Source of the DNA: the human T2T-CHM13v2.0 reference genome, Homo sapiens
Length of the DNA stretch: 64,000 nt
NCBI RefSeq assembly: GCF_009914755.1
Contig: NC_060948.1
Strand: one strand, 5' to 3'
Each line of letters opens with the position of its first letter. Position 1 is the first letter of the stretch. Both the position numbers and the translations under genes were made by a program. Below, one piece after another: positions 55,883-64,000 of this stretch. Under the pieces are notes generated by a model. The model was not told the DNA's origin. It was given only the letters and a program-made list of their open reading frames with translations, and made no database searches.

Positions 55883-57979
55883 AGATCCATATTTTTTAAA
55901 TGAAAAAAAATTTCAAAGGTACTCTGCTTGGTACAGTAATCAAATCTATAAACTGAGGAATAAAACATAACCGTGAAACATACTTATAACTGCATATGGA
56001 AAATACAGAGTATAATTTTTTAAAATAACATATTTTGAAAGCCTTAACTAGTAATTTGAAGAGTTTGCATTTGAAAGGCCAGTATGAATATACCTTCAAA
56101 GCAGCAACACAGGTTCCAAATGAGAACAATCAAACTCAGGTAAAATAAAAGCACAAATGTTCACTCTGTTCTGACCTTTGAAAAACACAGCACAGACAGT
56201 GGCACTTAGGACCAAGAGCAGGAGATCCCTAATCCCGTCACCATGGCGATAGGGCATAAACATTGCGGGGTGAGGGCACAATGCACATTGTGAGGTCCAA
56301 TTGCTGCCAGGAAGACAGGAGTGCTTTTACATAGACCGAAAGGTCATTGAAGGCTCAGATTTTCGTTTCAAAAACTGAATCCCAAGCCCACACGTTATTA
56401 TGCTGCGCTTCTTAAAACAAGTTATGAGAAGGGAAATAGGGCACCCACAACATACGTATATAGTATGTATATAATAATATACACTATCATATATATAATA
56501 TATATAACCTATGTATAATATTGTTTTACATCCTGCATCTTATATTATATATATTATATGTAATATAATAATTGATAATATATAAGTTTATATTTATACA
56601 ATATGACATATAATATATATTATATTTTATGACATATATAATATAGATTATATATCATATATAGAATATACTATACGGTTAATATACGTATTAAATATAT
56701 AATATACATTATATATATTATATCTACGTTATATATAACATTAACTATAGATAATATATATATTATATCTAGCTTATATATAATATAAAATAACAGATAA
56801 TTATATATAATTGTATATATAAAATATGACATATAATATATATTATATTTTATGACATATATATCATATATATTATATATTATATATAATATGTTGTATG
56901 TATAATACATATATTATATATATATTATAAGTCTAAATTATTAATTATATGTAATATATATTATATAGTACATATTTTACATTTCATACACATGTTACAT
57001 ACAATATATACTATGTTACATGTTACCTAGAATTTATTATATATAATATAATGTATGTCATATATTATATATACTTTATAGTATGCAATATGTGGAATGT
57101 GATATATATAACATGTAATATATGATATATGATATACGATATATGATATATAATATACAATATATGATACATTTTATATATGGTATACAATATATATTTT
57201 ATGATATATATTATATATGTTTTATATTATATTATACATAACCATTTAATTATATATAGCTCTATAATATTGTAGGTAAATATATAATATAATACATACA
57301 ACCATATATTATGTTATTTATAATTTTATTACGTACATTCAATAATATATCATAATATAATATATATTATATTATATTATTTTATATTACATAATATATA
57401 TTATATATCACATAGTATGTGTTACATACATAATATTTAAATATATATTATATTATGATATATTAAATATTATATATATTATGTATGCTATACTGTATAA
57501 TATATATTATATATTATATAATATGCAGGGTGTCTATTATATGATATATATTATAATATATATAATTATATTATACATATAACGATATAAATATGTAATT
57601 ATATTTAACATTATTTATATTACATATAGTTATATAATCATATATAATAATTTATATTATAAAAATAATTATATCATTATATAAATTATAGTATATATAA
57701 ATTATAATATGTGATAAATAATATATATTATATATCATATATGATATAGCATATATGTTATATATCATATTATATATCAATTTACGTTATGATATCTATA
57801 ATTATATATTTTCATATATAAGATGTATAATATGAATTATATATTATATATGTTATTAAATATATACTTTATATAAAATGACACAGGATAAATGTTATAT
57901 ATTATGACATATGATATATATGCGGTTATATATTATATATGAAGCATATTACATAACATATAATATATATCATATATAA

Positions 57980-59743
<1,764 letters not shown>

Positions 59744-59961
59744 ATGGACTCCTTTGGAATGGTCTAGTATGCAATGCAATCGACTGGCAGGGAATTAAAA
59801 GGCATGCAATCGAATGGATTGCACAGGAATGCAATGGACTCGAATAGATTGGAAACAGAATGCAAAGGAATGGAATGGAATAGTATGGAATGGAATGGAA
59901 AGGAATGGAGTGGAATAGACTAGAGTAGAATGGAATTTACTCGAAAGCAATGGACTGGAAT

Positions 59962-59976
59962 AGAACTTTCTTGAAT
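59962..59976. promoter_or_regulatory. Perfect 3-unit heat shock element motif (AGAAC TTTCT TGAAT)
   Basis: Exact nGAAn-nTTCn-nGAAn match. Motif only; binding not shown. Confidence 0.5.
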
Positions 59977-61439
59977 GGGCTGGAATCAAACGGAATGGAA
60001 TGCTGTGCAATCAAATAGAATGAAAGAGAATCAAATCCAATCGAATGGATTGGAAAGGAATTGACTGAAATGGAATGGACTAGAATGGAAGGCAAAGGAA
60101 TGGAATCTATAGGAATGGACTGTAATGGAATGGAATGGAAGGGATTGGAATGGAATCGAATGGAATGGACTGCAATAGAAAGGATTCGAATGGAATGAAA
60201 AAGAATTGAATGGAATAGAACAGAATGGAATCAAATCGAATGAAATGGAATGGAATAGAAAGGATTCGAATGGAATGCAATCGAACGGAATGGAATCGAA
60301 CGGAATGGAATAAAATGGAAGAAAACTGGCAAGAAATGGAATCGAAATGAATGGAGTGTTATGGAACGGACTCAAAAGGAATTGAATGTAATAGAATGGA
60401 GTGGAGTGGACTCGAATATAATGGACTGGAATGGAATGAAATCACATGGAATGGGAACGAATGGAATGGAATGGAAAGGAATGGAATCGAATGGAAAGGA
60501 ATCGAATGGAAGGGAATGAAATTGAATCAACAGGAATGGAAGGGAATAGAATAGACGGTAATGGAATGGACTCGAATAGAATGGACACGAATGCTCAAAT
60601 TGAATGGACTCGAATGGAATGGAAACGAAAGGAATGTCATCGAATGTAATTGAATCGATTGGAATGAAATCGCATAGAATGGAGTGGAATCAAATGGAAT
60701 TGAGTCGAAAGGAAAGGAAGCGAATGGACTGAAATGAAATGGAATGGAATTGAATGGAAAGTAATGCAATGGAATAGAATGGAACGAAATTTCACGGAAT
60801 GGAATCAAACTGAATGGAATCAAATCAATGGAATCAAATCAAATGGAATGGAAAGGAATTGAATGGAGTAGATGGGATTGGATGGGATTGGAATGAAATG
60901 TACTGGAAAGAACTCGAATTTCATGAAACGGAATGGAATGAATTGGAACGGAATGGACTCGAATGGAATGGAATGTCATGGAATGGCATCAAATGGAATG
61001 GCATCAAATGGAATGGAATCGAATGCAATGGAATGCTATGGAATGGAATGGAATGCATTGGAATGGAATGTCCTCTAATGGAATGGATTCGAGTGGAATG
61101 GAATCGAATATAATGGAGTCGAATGAAATGTAATTGAAAGGAATGGGATCGAATACCATGTAATATACTGGAATGTAATGTAATGAACTCGAATGTAATT
61201 GACTGGAATGGAATGTACATGAATGGAATGTAATCGAATGGAAAGTAATCCAATGGAATAGAATCTAATGCAATAAAATCGACTCAAATAGAATAGAATG
61301 TAATGGAATGGAGTGCAGAGCAATGGAATGGAATGGAATGGAATGCAGTGGAATGGAATGGAATGGAATGCAATGGAATGGAATGTATTAGAATGTAATG
61401 AACATTAATGGAATGTACTCGAATGGATTCGACTGGAAT

Positions 61440-61454
61440 GGAATGTTCTGGAAG
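61440..61454. promoter_or_regulatory. Perfect 3-unit heat shock element motif (GGAAT GTTCT GGAAG)
   Basis: Exact nGAAn-nTTCn-nGAAn match. Motif only. Confidence 0.5.
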
Positions 61455-61719
61455 TTTATGGACTCCAATGGAATAGATTCGAAAGGAATGGAATCGAACG
61501 GAATGGAATCTAATGGAATGGAATTAAATGGAAATGAATCAAATTGAATAGCACGGAATTGAATTGAATGGAATAGAATGCAATGTAATCTAATGAAACA
61601 GAAAGGAAAGGAATGGAATGGAATGGAATGGGCTGGAATGGAATGGAATCGAAACGAATGGAATGGAATCGAACTAAAGAGACTGGAATGGAATGCACTG
61701 GAATGGAAGGGAGTGTAAT

Positions 61720-61734
61720 GGAAGGTTCTCGAAA
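61720..61734. promoter_or_regulatory. Perfect 3-unit heat shock element motif (GGAAG GTTCT CGAAA)
   Basis: Exact nGAAn-nTTCn-nGAAn match. Motif only. Confidence 0.5.
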
Positions 61735-62740
61735 AAAATGGAATCGAATGGAATGGAATTGAATGGAACGGAATAGAGTCGAATGGAATTGAATGGAATG
61801 GAATGGACTAGAGTGAAATGGAATCGAACCACAAGGAATGGACAGGAATAGAATGGTCTCGAATTGAATGGAATCGTATGGAATGGCATCAAACGGAATG
61901 GAATGGACAGCCACGGAATGGAATGCACTCGAATGCAATGGAGTCGAAACTAATGGACTGGAATAGAATGGACTCGACTGGTACGGACTCCAATGGAATG
62001 GAATCGAATGGAAGGGAATCGAACAGAATGGACTCGAAGGGAAAAGACTGCAATGGAAAGGTCTCGAATGGAATGGAAATTAATGGAATGGAATGGAATC
62101 GAATGAAGTGGAGTCTAAAGGAATGGAATCGAATGGCAAGAAATCGAATGTAATGGAATCGCAAGGAATTGATGTGAACGGAACGGAATGGAATGGAATC
62201 CAAAGGAATGTAATAGAATGGAATGGAATCAAATGGAAAGGACTCGAATGGAAATCACTCGAATAGAATGCAATTTAATAAAATAGGATCAAATGTAATG
62301 GAATGGAATGGAAAGGAATCGAAACGAAAGGAATGGAGACAGATGGAATGGAATGGAACAGAGAGCAATGGTATAGAATGGAATGGAATCATCTGGAATG
62401 GAATTGAATGGAATGCAATAACATGAAATGGAATGGAATGGAATGGAATGCCCTTGAATTAAATGGACTGGAATGGAATGGACTCGAACAGAGTGGAATG
62501 GAAAGTGTTGAAATAGAATGGAATGGACTCGTTTGGAATGGTCTAGTATGCAATGCAATCGACTGGCAGGGAATCAAAAGGAATGTAATCGAATGGATTG
62601 GACTGGAATGCAATGGACTCGAATAGATTGGAAACGGAATGCAAAGGAATGGAATGGAATAGTATGGAATGGAATGGAAAGGAATGGAGTGGAATAGACT
62701 AGAGTGGAATGGAATGGACTCAAAAGCAATGGACTGGAAT

Positions 62741-62755
62741 GGAACTTTCTTGAAT
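62741..62755. promoter_or_regulatory. Perfect 3-unit heat shock element motif (GGAAC TTTCT TGAAT), next-period homologue of 59962
   Basis: Exact nGAAn-nTTCn-nGAAn match, conserved between the two HSat3 periods. Confidence 0.5.
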
Positions 62756-64000
62756 GGACTGGAATCAAACGGAATGGAATGCAATGCAATCAAATGGCAT
62801 GGAATAACATAGAATGAAAGAGAATCAAATGGAATTGAATGGAATGGAATCGAATGGATTGGAAAGGAATAGAATGGAATGGAATGGAATTGACTCAAAT
62901 GGAATGGACTAGAATGGAATGGATTCGAATGGAAGGCAAAGGAATGGAATCTATTGGAATGGACTGTAATGGAATGGAATGGAAGGGATTGGAATGGACT
63001 CGAATGGAATGGACTGCAATAGAAAGGATTCGAATGGAATGAAAAAGAATTGAATGGAATAGAACAGAATGGAATCAAATCGAATGAAATGGAATGGAAT
63101 AGAAAGGAATGGAATGAAATGGAATGGAAAGGATTCGAATGGAATGCAATCGAATGGAATGGAATCGAACGGAATGGAATAAAATGGAAGAAAACTGGCA
63201 AGAAATGGAATCGAAATGAATGGAGTGTTATGGAACGGACTCATAAGGAATTGAATGTAATAGAATTGAGTGAAGTGGACTCGAATATAATGGACTGGAA
63301 TGGAATGAAATCACATGGAATGGGAACGAATGGAATGGAATGGAAAGGAATGGAATCGAATGGAAAGGAATGGAATGGAAGGGAATGAAACTGAATCAAC
63401 AGGAATGGAAGGGAGTAGAATAGACGGTAATGGAATGGACTCGAATAGAATGGACACGAATGCACAAATTGAATGGACTCGAATGGAATGGAAACGAAAG
63501 GAATGTCATCGAATGGAATTGAATCGATTGGAATGAAATCGCATAGAATGGAGTGGAATCAAATGGAATTGAGTCGAAAGGAAAGGAAGCGAATGGACTG
63601 AAATGAAATGGAATGGAATGGAATGGAAAGTAATGCAATGGAATAGAATGGAACGAAATTTCACGGAATGGAATCAAACTGAATGGAATAAAATCAATGG
63701 AATATAATCAAATGGAATGGAAAGGAATTGAATGGAGTAGATTGGATTGGATGGGATTGGAATGAAATGGAATGGAAAGGACTCGAATTTCATGAAACGG
63801 AATGGAATGAATTGGAACGGAATGGACTCGAATGGAATGGAATGTCATGGAATTGCATCAAATGGAATGGCATCAAAGGGAATGGAATCGAATGCAATGG
63901 AATGCTATGGAATGGATTGGAATGCATTGGAATGGAATGTCCTCTAATGGAATGGATTCGAGTGGAATGGAATCGAATATAATGGAGTCGAATGAAATGG

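Larger units (their letters stand above)
60321..63189 (+). repeat. One complete HSat3 higher-order period (2869 bp)
   Basis: GAAAACTGGC at 60321 recurs at 63190. ORF-track homologues 60446/63315 and ends 61078/63947 give the same 2869 offset. Confidence 0.9.
59744..64000 (+). repeat. DYZ1: Human Satellite 3 (GGAAT)n, DYZ1-type, GGAAT strand on +
   Basis: Diverged GGAAT pentamers with frequent GGACTCGAAT/ATCGAAT variants and unique landmarks (GGTCTAGTATGCAATGCAATCGACTGGCAGGG, GAAAACTGGCAAGAAA, TGTCCTCTAATGG) that I recognise as DYZ1-like. It is adjacent to DYZ2, as in the alternating Yq12 blocks. Confidence 0.93.

Noticed and set aside
61245-63755. DUX4-like motifs (TAATCCAATGG; AGATTGGATTGG)
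   Set aside because: Incomplete matches to TAAYYYAATCA, and the second is not conserved between the two periods.
59795-63982. Long ORFs up to 270 aa (MEWNG.../FHSIP...) in the GGAAT region
   Set aside because: These are translations of a pentamer repeat that lacks stop codons, a standard Satellite 2/3 artefact.

Overview
This window is human satellite DNA with no genes. It matches a block boundary in the Yq12 heterochromatin of the human Y chromosome. Positions 1-59743 are a head-to-tail array of 25 (first and last partial) ~2420-bp DYZ2/HSat1B units. Each unit is an antisense Alu (~292 bp), a ~570-bp mixed-composition HSATI core and ~1.55 kb of extremely AT-rich low-complexity DNA. At 59744 the array joins abruptly to (GGAAT)n Satellite 3 of DYZ1 type, which runs to the end of the window. 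All listed ORFs are by-products of the repeats. I found no new protein-coding or defence-type system. What is worth attention is structural and regulatory: (i) three layers of increasingly old DYZ2 units toward the junction, with ancestral states preserved at the edge; (ii) two recent single-unit tandem duplications and several apparent conversion patches; (iii) a near-blunt DYZ2/HSat3 junction followed by five clustered pentamer-multiple deletions; (iv) an HSat3 higher-order period of 2869 bp rather than the ~3.56 kb of canonical DYZ1, with no HaeIII or EcoRI site; (v) three perfect heat-shock elements per HSat3 unit among dense TEAD-type motifs. All comparisons were made by eye and need confirmation by alignment.
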